Below, in pieces: positions 48,475-56,480 of a DNA stretch of 64,000 nt. Each line of letters starts with the position of its first letter. Position 1 is the first letter of the stretch. Location of the stretch: contig JBLMXG010000226.1 of NCBI GenBank assembly GCA_050257635.1, forward strand, positions 9,032 through 73,031. The letters are read 5' to 3'. The position numbers were made by a program, and so were the translations under genes. A model generated the notes under the pieces. It searched no databases and was not told the origin of the DNA. It saw nothing but the letters and a program-made list of their open reading frames with translations. The DNA is from Chloroflexota bacterium (GTDB lineage Bacteria > Desulfobacterota > Binatia > UBA9968).

Positions 48475-49335
48475 ATGGAACATCCACCGCCCCAACGGCA
48501 AAACACGGAGCTGCCGGCCACGCCGCTGACTCTCGACGGCTCCTTCCTACTTCATCAAATGTTCCGCGTGCGTTGGACGGCGTGGCGTAATATCGGCACG
48601 TCGGATCAAAAACATATCCTTGACGGCGCTCGCGCCATGTTCGGTACCATGGAGCAGGCCAAGCAAGCGGCTACCGGACTCTTTTCCATGCTCGGCCACA
48701 AGGCCGATTTAATGTTGGTCCATTTTCGCAAAACCTTGGATGATCTCAACCAAGCGGAGCTGACTGTTTCATGCTCTGAGTTGAGCGAGTTTCTCGAGCC
48801 GGCGACGTCCTACGTCTCGGTGGTGGAGCTCGGGCTTTACGAGGCATCGGTCAACGCGTATGCCGAGTGGACGGCGAAGGGGCTGCGACCGGGAACCGCC
48901 GACTGGAACCGCGAAATCGAAGCCGAGCTGACCAAGCAGCGGGAGCATGTCGCGCCGCGACTCTGGCCGGAAATCCCGCAGCGGCGCTACCTATGCTTCT
49001 ATCCGATGAATAAGTTTCGCGGCGAGACGAAGAACTGGTATAGCGCGCCGATTCGTGAGCGCCAGCGTATGATGCGCGAGCATGGCATGATCGGCCGTTA
49101 TTACGCGGGGCGAGTGACGCAGATCATCTCCGGTTCCATCGGCTTCGATGACTGGGAATGGGGTGTCGACCTCTTTGCCGACGATCCGCTGGTCTTCAAA
49201 AAGCTCGTCTACGAGATGCGCTTCGATGAAGCGAGCGCCGCCTACGGTCTGTTCGGCGCTTTTTTTATCGGGCTGCGTTTTCCGCCGGCCCAGATTGAAA
49301 ATTTCTTTAATGGCAGAACGCCGACCTTTTCGTGA
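48475..49335 (+). CDS. Chlorite dismutase family protein (HemQ/ChdC-like coproheme decarboxylase candidate)
   Basis: YLCFYPMNKFRGETKNWY, proximal-His region MREHGMIG, and GFDDWEWGVDLFADDPLVFKKLVYEMRFDEAS. Confidence 0.8.
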   Translation: MEHPPPQRQNTELPATPLTLDGSFLLHQMFRVRWTAWRNIGTSDQKHILDGARAMFGTMEQAKQAATGLFSMLGHKADLMLVHFRKTLDDLNQAELTVSCSELSEFLEPATSYVSVVELGLYEASVNAYAEWTAKGLRPGTADWNREIEAELTKQREHVAPRLWPEIPQRRYLCFYPMNKFRGETKNWYSAPIRERQRMMREHGMIGRYYAGRVTQIISGSIGFDDWEWGVDLFADDPLVFKKLVYEMRFDEASAAYGLFGAFFIGLRFPPAQIENFFNGRTPTFS

Positions 49336-49397
49336 GCGGCGTCCCTTTCACGCTGACTGAGCCAACAAACCGGGGAAACGCCTGCGGGAGGACAAGG

Positions 49398-50159
49398 ATG
49401 CGACTAAAGGACAAGATCGCCATTATTACCGGGGCGGCCCATGGCATCGGCAAAGCGTACGCGCGGCGCTTTGCCGAAGAGGGTGCGCATGTGGTGATCG
49501 CTGATAGCGATGCCGTGAGCGGCGATGCCACCGCTAAGGCGATCACCGATAGCGGTGGATCGGCTTGGGCACGGACCACCGATGTCCGCAGCTTTCCCAA
49601 CGTGCAGGCTCTGATACGAGAAACCGTCGAAAAATACGGCCGCATCGACGTGCTGCTCAACAATGCGGCGATCTATATCACGCAACAGCTGTGGAAAGGG
49701 CCGCTGGAAGAGCTGGCGTTGGAGGAGTGGGACCGGGTTATCGAGGTTAACCTGAAGGGCGTCTTTCTTTGCAGCAAGGCCGTGATCCCCGTGATGAAAC
49801 AGCAGAAGAGCGGCAAAATCATCAATATCGCTTCCGGAACTTTTTTCAGCGGCTCGGGCAACATGCCGCACTATACGACAGCGAAAGGCGGCGTGGTCGC
49901 GCTCACCCGCGTCATGGCACGCCAATTGGGCGAATGGAACATCAACGTCAACTGCATGACACCCGGCTCGACCATGAGCGAAGAATCGGTATCTGAAGAA
50001 GTCTTGAAACGGCGCGAAGGCAGCATCGACAAGCGCGCCTTCCGCCGGGTTGAAACACCGGCGGATATCGTCGGCACCGCGCTCTTTCTAGCGAGTTCCG
50101 ACAGCGACTTCATCACCGGCCAGCTTTTGGTCGTCGAAGGCGGCGGGGTAATGCACTAA
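49398..50159 (+). CDS. SDR family oxidoreductase
   Basis: GGGAGG precedes the ATG at 49398. TGAAHGIGKA, NNAA and YTTAKGG (YxxxK) motifs. Confidence 0.9.
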   Translation: MRLKDKIAIITGAAHGIGKAYARRFAEEGAHVVIADSDAVSGDATAKAITDSGGSAWARTTDVRSFPNVQALIRETVEKYGRIDVLLNNAAIYITQQLWKGPLEELALEEWDRVIEVNLKGVFLCSKAVIPVMKQQKSGKIINIASGTFFSGSGNMPHYTTAKGGVVALTRVMARQLGEWNINVNCMTPGSTMSEESVSEEVLKRREGSIDKRAFRRVETPADIVGTALFLASSDSDFITGQLLVVEGGGVMH

Positions 50160-50347
50160 CTTTGGCTCGGTATTTCGTTCCCGTTTCTCAATATCCTGAT
50201 TTCACCTTGGGAAGCGAGCGAAACCTTTCCCATCAAGGATTTTAACCGTCATTCGAACCCAGCGATGCTCGCAGATTTTGCTCACCGACGCGTAAACCAA
50301 CTGCGCTCACGCTAGCGACCAGTGGAACTAATTCTATTCGTCGAATC

Positions 50348-50854
50348 TTAACTCGAAGTCGGCGTCACGCCGTAAACGTGGCCGCACGAATTGCAGAAAA
50401 TGATGTTGAACGGTGCGAGGACAAACTGTTTGCCGCGTGCCGAGCTGGAGCCGGCTTTGCGCGAAATGATATGATCGGTGCCCACCACCGAACAGGAAGG
50501 ACACTTCGGTTCCGGCTCGACTTTGTGTTTAAAATCCTGGGTGAAATTAAAGCCGTTGCCTGCGTCCGCGCCAGACCGCGACGCCTGTTCTTTTTTAGGC
50601 GCTTCCTCTTCTTCAACTTCGCTTTCAGCCTCGACGGGGCGAGTGACATGATCGTAGTTGGCGCGCTTGAGCGTGTCCGACAAAACCTCGTAGGCGTCCA
50701 ACACCTGCTTGAATTTCCCAGCGGCGTCGTCATCGCCGGGATTGCGATCTGGATGATAGCGAAAGACCGCTTTGCGGTAGGCCCGCTTGATCTCTTCTTG
50801 GCTCGCGCTTCGGTTGAGGCCTAAAACCGTATAGTAGTCGAAATTCCTATCCAA
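50348..50854 (-). CDS. J-domain protein with C-terminal CxxC...CxxC zinc-ribbon
   Basis: TTG start. DYYTVLGL...[14 protein letters not shown] (HPD motif), acidic linker, then CPSCSVVG...[10 protein letters not shown]. Confidence 0.8.
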   Translation of the reverse strand: MDRNFDYYTVLGLNRSASQEEIKRAYRKAVFRYHPDRNPGDDDAAGKFKQVLDAYEVLSDTLKRANYDHVTRPVEAESEVEEEEAPKKEQASRSGADAGNGFNFTQDFKHKVEPEPKCPSCSVVGTDHIISRKAGSSSARGKQFVLAPFNIIFCNSCGHVYGVTPTSS

Positions 50855-50926
50855 GATTTGCGACGCTCCTGCGGAGAATCAACCCATTGAGCAATTTTCC
50901 GCAATTCGATCGAAGTCGGCGCTGCC

Positions 50927-51466
50927 CTATCTGCGCCATCGTCTGCGGCGCCCGCCGGTCCCGGTTAGCTTGCCTCTCTGCTTGTACATTTGCACGCACA
51001 TATCGTAGATCGCCGATCCTGCACGGTCGTCCACGACTCGCTCGCCGTCTTTTGTGATGTACTCAACCACCAGCGATGAGCCGTTTTGACTCGCGCCGTT
51101 ATTGGTCAGGCGGATCAGGCGCGCCTCGTTCTTGTCGAGGTAGCCACCAATCGTGCGAAAGATCTGGACATGATTGAGAAAATCTTTGGGCGGCAATATT
51201 GTACCGCGTTTGCTTTCACCGACCCGATCGAGTTCGTCGATGTCCCCTTGGGAATAATGGATCGAAACCGGGGTTGGCGCCGGCGGTTCCTTATAGCCGC
51301 ATTCGGCAACGTACTCGTCGCGTTCGAAGCCAATATCGAAAGTCTTCAATCCGCGCCGCTCCAGATCCTGGCCAATGCAACGCAAGGCCGTGGCGTAGGC
51401 TATTCGAGGCATTATCGAGGCTTTCGCGTTCGAATTACGTAGTAAAGGAAGTTGTTCAGCACTCAT
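50927..51466 (-). CDS. Hypothetical protein, no family recognised
   Basis: 179 aa ORF with its own AT-rich upstream region and an Arg-rich tail (GGRRRRWRR). An alternative ATG lies at 51412 (MPRIAYATALR). Confidence 0.55.
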   Translation of the reverse strand: MSAEQLPLLRNSNAKASIMPRIAYATALRCIGQDLERRGLKTFDIGFERDEYVAECGYKEPPAPTPVSIHYSQGDIDELDRVGESKRGTILPPKDFLNHVQIFRTIGGYLDKNEARLIRLTNNGASQNGSSLVVEYITKDGERVVDDRAGSAIYDMCVQMYKQRGKLTGTGGRRRRWRR

Positions 51467-51610
51467 TTATGCAGTTTTACCGTAAATGGTACGAACAGCG
51501 GCCCCAAAAAGCAACAAAAAATATAATGTTACGATGCTGCTATCGCCGGTCGCTTGATCGAAAGCGGCAAAAGCCGCAGGCTTGAAGGCTATTGAAGCAA
51601 CTATTCGACA

Positions 51611-52243
51611 TTATTGCGGAATGGTGAGCAGTGGGTCCGTTACGCCGATCATGCTATCTCGACTTACCAATTTGGCCAACTCCGCTTCGCTCCAGCCTTC
51701 CGTCCCCTTTGGACGACAAGGTAGAACCAAGTAACGGATATCCGCGGTGCTGTCATGTACCCGCACTTCGACATCCTCGGGTAGATTCAACCCAAACTCG
51801 CGCATAACGCCGCGCGGGTCCCTGACCGCCCGCTGCCGGTAATTGAAGCTTTTGTACCAATCCGGTGGTCGTCCTAAAATCGGACGCGGATAACAGGAGC
51901 ACAAGGTGCAGACCACCATATGACGCACCTTCTCGCTGTTCTCAAGAACGACAAACTCGTTGATCGCCGTGGCATCAATACCCATTTCGGCGCAAGCCGC
52001 CTTAGTATCCGCAATTAGCCGCGCCTTGAAGTCGGGATCGGCCCACGCGCGCGCGACAAGCCGGGCGCCGTTCGCCGGTGAGCGCGCTTCCTGGTACTCG
52101 ATCTGGCATTCAATATCCTGTTCGCTGAGCACGCCCTTTTCCAGCAGCAGGTCGCGGATAGCATAAATTCGCTTGGCGTAGTGACTCAATTCATGCTTAG
52201 GGTGCTCGCGGCCATGCTCATCGATCGACGAATCACTCATCAC
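51611..52243 (-). CDS. nthA: Nitrile hydratase alpha subunit (Co-type metal claw)
   Basis: VVCTLCSCYPRPILGRPPDWYKS...VRVHDSTADIRYLVLPCRPKGTEGWSE is full-length alpha-subunit similarity. ATGA overlap with the upstream ORF. Confidence 0.9.
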   Translation of the reverse strand: MMSDSSIDEHGREHPKHELSHYAKRIYAIRDLLLEKGVLSEQDIECQIEYQEARSPANGARLVARAWADPDFKARLIADTKAACAEMGIDATAINEFVVLENSEKVRHMVVCTLCSCYPRPILGRPPDWYKSFNYRQRAVRDPRGVMREFGLNLPEDVEVRVHDSTADIRYLVLPCRPKGTEGWSEAELAKLVSRDSMIGVTDPLLTIPQ

Positions 52244-52527
52244 CTTCTCCCTCGCGCAGCCGGATCGAGCCAGTGTTCAAAGACATCGACGAACAACTTA
52301 TCTCTTTGCCCTACCGATTTGTCCCAGACATCGCGCTGATTGAATCCGACTAAATAGAGCGTTTTCTTCGGCAGGCCGTCACAGCCATAGGCAAGCGACT
52401 CGGGGTTGGGAAAATCGCCATATACCCGCTCCACCCAGCCGATTTTGCCACGGATATACCAGGGCGTTCGGATATGGCCCGGTCGGTCTTCGAACTTTAC
52501 TCGGACCTTGTCTCCTGGTTTAAACAT
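52240..52527 (-). CDS. Nitrile hydratase beta subunit, C-terminal-half protein
   Basis: 95 aa. FKPGDKVRVKFEDRPGHIRTPWYIRGKIGWVERVYG...LYLVGF...VWD aligns with the C-terminal barrel domain of NHase beta. Confidence 0.8.
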   Translation of the reverse strand: MFKPGDKVRVKFEDRPGHIRTPWYIRGKIGWVERVYGDFPNPESLAYGCDGLPKKTLYLVGFNQRDVWDKSVGQRDKLFVDVFEHWLDPAARGRR

Positions 52528-52540
52528 ACAGACTCAACGC

Positions 52541-52852
52541 TCAAGGTTCGCCCCACTTGGATTCAAATTCCGCCAACTTGCGATCGATTTCTGCCTTAGT
52601 AAGAATTTTCTTTTCGATCAGGATCGCTTCGATGCTGGCGATCCAACGCTCGTAGTAGGTCATATCTCGATAAGCGGCCGAGTCCATTTCCTCGCGTGCC
52701 CGGCGCATCTCGTCGGTTCGTTTGATCCCTTTGGCGCCCAACGCCTGATTCACCGCGTCGGCGAGGATTTCCCAATCCGACAGTTGATGCTCGGTCTGAT
52801 CGATCGCTCCGGCGCCAGGGAGGCCGCCGATATCATGATGCCCCCGAGCCAT
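52541..52852 (-). CDS. Nitrile hydratase beta subunit, N-terminal-half protein
   Basis: ATG at 52852 with GGGAG 7 nt upstream. MARGHHDIGGLPG...DWE...YYERWI matches the N-terminal helical half of NHase beta. Upstream ORF codons overlap the pckG end. Confidence 0.8.
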   Translation of the reverse strand: MARGHHDIGGLPGAGAIDQTEHQLSDWEILADAVNQALGAKGIKRTDEMRRAREEMDSAAYRDMTYYERWIASIEAILIEKKILTKAEIDRKLAEFESKWGEP

Positions 52853-52868
52853 GGCTACACTCCCGCAC

Positions 52869-54641
52869 CTATCTTTTGAGTCGATTTGCCAGCGCCTTAT
52901 GTTCTTCTTTGATGCCGGCGGGAAGGTGATCGCCGAAAGTGTCGAAGTAATCCGCCTGGCTTTTGAGATTGCTCTTCCAGCCTTCGCGGTCAATGGCGAC
53001 CAATTGATTGAGATCATCCTTGGAAATGTTAAGTCCGCCGCCGTTCAGAGACGATGGCTTGGGAACATAACCGATCGCGGTTTCGTCCGCCGCGCCGCCG
53101 CCTTTCGAGCGCTCGATAACCCAGCGCAGCACGCGCAGGTTCTCGCCGAATCCCGGCCACATGAACTTGCCTTGTTCGTTGCGCTGAAACCAATTGACGC
53201 GGAAAATTTTCGGCGGATTGCTCGCCCGCCGGGCGATCGAAAGCCAATGGGACCAATAATCGCCCATGTTGTAGCCGCAGAAGGGCAGCATCGCCATTGG
53301 ATCACGGCGCACCACCCCTACCGCACCGGTCGCCGCCGCGGTAGTTTCAGAAGCCAGGGTGGCACCGAGAAAAGTGCCGTGCTGCCAGTTAAAAGATTGG
53401 TAGACCAGCGGCACCAGCTTGTTGCGCCGCGCGCCGAACAGTATCGCGCTGATCGGCACGCCCTCAGCTTTGTCCCACTCGGGTGAATAGGTCGGGCACT
53501 GCTTGAGCGACACGGTAAAACGTGAGTTGGGATGCGCAGCGGGATGACCGCTCTGCGGATTCCAAGCCTTGCCGCGCCAGTCCTGGGCATGACTCGGCGT
53601 CGGATCGTCGTGGCCTTCCCACCATACCGTCCCATCCGAGCGCAACGCGACGTTGGTGAAAATCGTGTCTCTTTTGATCGTCGCCATGGCGTTTGGATTG
53701 GTCTTGGAACCGGTGCCCGGCGCGACGCCAAAAAAGCCCGCTTCCGGGTTAATCGCCCACAAGCGGCCGTCGGAGCCGATCCGTAGCCAAGCGATATCGT
53801 CGCCGATCGTGTGAATTTTCCAGCCTTTCATGCTCGGCGGCGGCACCAACATCGCGAGATTGGTTTTGCCGCAGGCGCTCGGGAAGGCGCCGCAGACATA
53901 AGTTATTTCGCCGTCGGGACTTTCAATCCCCACGATCAGCATATGTTCGGCCAGCCAACCCTCTTTTTGTCCGAGTTTGCTGGCGATGCGCAGCGCGAGG
54001 CATTTTTTTGCCAACAAAGCGTTGCCGCCGTAGCCCGAACCGACGCTCCAGATCGTGTTGTCTTGGGGATAGTGACAAATGAACCGCCGATCCATGTCGA
54101 GATCGGCCTTGGAATGCAGACAACGGGTAAAATCGTCGGAATCACCGACATGATCGAGCGCGACTTTACCCATGCGCGTCATCAAGCGCATATTGAGCAC
54201 AACGTAAACACTATCGGTGATCTGAACGCCGACTTTACTGAAGGACGAGCCCTGCGGCCCCATAAGAAAAGGAATCACGTAGAGCGTGCGTCCGCGCATC
54301 GAGCCACGGAAAATTTTTCCCAAGCGTTCGTAGGACTCGGCGGGCTCCATCCAGTTATTGTTGGGACCAGCTTCTTCCTGGCTTTTGGTGCAGATAAAAG
54401 TGAGATTTTCCGTTCGGGCAACATCGTTGAGCGCGCTGCGATGCAGATAGCAACCCGGCAATTCCTTTTGGTTGAGCGACATGAGATCGCCGCTGGCAAT
54501 TGCGACCTCGGTCAACTTTTCCTTTTCCTCTTCCGACCCGTCACACCAAAAAACTTCATCGGGCTGGCACATGGCGGCCATTTCCTTGACCCAATTCTGA
54601 ATATGCAAATTTGCCGGTGTAGCACCCCTCGACTGGCTCAT
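52869..54641 (-). CDS. pckG: Phosphoenolpyruvate carboxykinase (GTP)
   Basis: 590 aa. Kinase-1a motif FPSACGKTN, and typical GTP-PEPCK segments (WLAEHMLI, GDDIAWL). Confidence 0.95.
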   Translation of the reverse strand: MSQSRGATPANLHIQNWVKEMAAMCQPDEVFWCDGSEEEKEKLTEVAIASGDLMSLNQKELPGCYLHRSALNDVARTENLTFICTKSQEEAGPNNNWMEPAESYERLGKIFRGSMRGRTLYVIPFLMGPQGSSFSKVGVQITDSVYVVLNMRLMTRMGKVALDHVGDSDDFTRCLHSKADLDMDRRFICHYPQDNTIWSVGSGYGGNALLAKKCLALRIASKLGQKEGWLAEHMLIVGIESPDGEITYVCGAFPSACGKTNLAMLVPPPSMKGWKIHTIGDDIAWLRIGSDGRLWAINPEAGFFGVAPGTGSKTNPNAMATIKRDTIFTNVALRSDGTVWWEGHDDPTPSHAQDWRGKAWNPQSGHPAAHPNSRFTVSLKQCPTYSPEWDKAEGVPISAILFGARRNKLVPLVYQSFNWQHGTFLGATLASETTAAATGAVGVVRRDPMAMLPFCGYNMGDYWSHWLSIARRASNPPKIFRVNWFQRNEQGKFMWPGFGENLRVLRWVIERSKGGGAADETAIGYVPKPSSLNGGGLNISKDDLNQLVAIDREGWKSNLKSQADYFDTFGDHLPAGIKEEHKALANRLKR

Positions 54642-54792
54642 GGGATTCCGATCGTTCCTTTCCTCAAGTCACATTTTTGATTTCGTGAAGCAAAGACGAA
54701 AACGACTCTCGGCGACTAAAAAAACTTGCCGTCGCCTCGAGTCCGCATCGCGAAAAACTAGCCTAGCCGATCCCTCGCGGCGATGTCAAACG

Positions 54793-55698
54793 TCAGGTTT
54801 GGAATATCCGGCAGAGCCGCCAACGGCCACCCGGCAGGTCTTCAGTCCATTGAACTAAGGCCGCCAGATCACCGCACGGATCGAGAATTCCGAGCAATTT
54901 TTCGCCCGCAAGAGGTTTGGCAATTTGACCCAGTAACTCCTGTTGTCCCAAACGCAACCGCGATAAATACCGGCTTTGCCAGACCACCGCTGGCAGATGC
55001 CCCAGCGCCTGCCGAAGCGTCAGCAGCGGCACGGCGCCAGTGGCTTGCCGGCCTTCTAGCTCCTCTACGGAAATCGCATTTTCGACGTTCAGGTGATCGC
55101 AGGCGGTGCGCCGTAAGGACTTTAAATGCGCACCGCAGCCGAGCGCGTGCCCCATATCCGCGGCCAAGGTGCGAATATAGGTCCCGCGCGAGCAGGTGGT
55201 CTCGAACTCGAGCTCCCAATCGTTCAACTTGCATAACCGCAGAGCGTCGATCCGAATCCGGCGCGGCTCGCGGGGGACTTCTTTGCCCTGGCGCGCTAGG
55301 CGATAGAGGCGAACGCCATCTTTCTTCAACGCCGAAAACATCGGCGGCACCTGTTGCAGTTCGCCGGTAAATTTTCGCTCCAATGCGCGGAGCCGCGCCT
55401 CTTCCAGCGGCGCCACGGGGCGCTGCCGCAAAATTTTACCCGTGCGGTCCTGGGTGTCGGTTTCGATTCCCAAGGCGATCACGCCGCGATAGCTTTTCAC
55501 CCCGCCGAGAAAGATGTCGGCGACTTTAGTTCCCTCGTTGATGCCGATCATAAGTAGGCCCGACGCAAACGGGTCGAGCGTGCCGAGGTGGCCAACCTTT
55601 TTCGCCTGTAAAAGGGTCTTAACCCGCTGCACCACCTGCGCCGAAGACGGGCCTTCCGGCTTGTCGATCAGCAAAATACCGCTGCGCGTCATGGTCAT
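54793..55698 (-). CDS. truB: tRNA pseudouridine(55) synthase
   Basis: GILLIDKPEGPSS and GHLGTLDPFASGLL motifs. The ORF top at 55737 is TTG; ATGs lie at 55698 and 55692. Confidence 0.92.
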   Translation of the reverse strand: MTMTRSGILLIDKPEGPSSAQVVQRVKTLLQAKKVGHLGTLDPFASGLLMIGINEGTKVADIFLGGVKSYRGVIALGIETDTQDRTGKILRQRPVAPLEEARLRALERKFTGELQQVPPMFSALKKDGVRLYRLARQGKEVPREPRRIRIDALRLCKLNDWELEFETTCSRGTYIRTLAADMGHALGCGAHLKSLRRTACDHLNVENAISVEELEGRQATGAVPLLTLRQALGHLPAVVWQSRYLSRLRLGQQELLGQIAKPLAGEKLLGILDPCGDLAALVQWTEDLPGGRWRLCRIFQT

Positions 55699-55762
55699 AA
55701 AATATCCGTCAACGTCGGTAGTTCGGAATAGAACCAAAGCCCTGGAGCAAGAGAAGTTTATT

Positions 55763-56104
55763 TTACGGCTTGACCTTGTTCAGCAGGCTGTCGATGTGCC
55801 GAGCGTCTTCTTCGCTCTCGTCGTACGTGAATTCGATAGTTGGGACGAAGCGCAGGTTGAGTTTTTTTCCGGCCTTGGACCGGATGAATCCCCTGGCACT
55901 CTTTAATCCGGCGACGGCGGCTTCTTTGTCTTCGGCGACGCCGACCAGATTGAAAAACACCTGAGCGTGCCGAAGGTCCTTGCTCACTCTCACCCCGGTA
56001 AGATTCACCCACTGAAGCCTGGGATCGCGAATTTCACGGCGCAGCAGGTCGGCGATCACCTCGAGTAACAAATCACCGACGCGATCAGACCGTTGGTAGT
56101 CCAT
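55763..56104 (-). CDS. rbfA: Ribosome-binding factor A
   Basis: 113 aa. RVGDLLLEVIADLLRREIRDPRL...VTGVRVSKDLRHAQVFF. Confidence 0.93.
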   Translation of the reverse strand: MDYQRSDRVGDLLLEVIADLLRREIRDPRLQWVNLTGVRVSKDLRHAQVFFNLVGVAEDKEAAVAGLKSARGFIRSKAGKKLNLRFVPTIEFTYDESEEDARHIDSLLNKVKP

Positions 56105-56161
56105 AACGGAGGCGATACAAAGGCAGGAAATTTCGACGGTGCGCGCCGCAGGCCTTGGCTC

Positions 56162-56455
56162 TCAGCAGTGAAAGCTTTCGACCTCCGCATCGCCGACCTC
56201 GGCCAAACCGAGGGCGTCGACAAATTCAACGACCTTGCGGAGCATCGATTCAACAATCGTCCGGCTCGCACCGGCCGCGGCAAAGCCCAACACGGCGCTC
56301 TGCCACAGCTCCTGATCGCCGCATTCGGTCACCGAAACGTTAAATCGATTGCCGACCCGCGCTTGAATACTTTTTAGAACTCCACGTTTGCCCTTGAGTG
56401 AATGGTTTTCGGGAATCATCAACTTCAGTTTGAGAACTCCCACAACCATCGGCAT
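56162..56455 (-). CDS. DUF503 (YlxP-like) protein
   Basis: About 97 aa from the ATG at 56455. VGVLKLKLMIPENHSLKGKRGVLKSI. Conserved position between infB and rbfA. Confidence 0.8.
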   Translation of the reverse strand: MPMVVGVLKLKLMIPENHSLKGKRGVLKSIQARVGNRFNVSVTECGDQELWQSAVLGFAAAGASRTIVESMLRKVVEFVDALGLAEVGDAEVESFHC

Positions 56456-56480
56456 CGACGGAATCACGAACACCGAGCGC

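Noticed and set aside
51611-52243. Possibility that the NHase alpha-like ORF is an NHLP-type RiPP precursor
   Set aside because: It is full length (210 aa) with an intact CTLCSC metal claw and cognate beta-half genes. No cyclodehydratase, LanM or radical-SAM maturase lies nearby.
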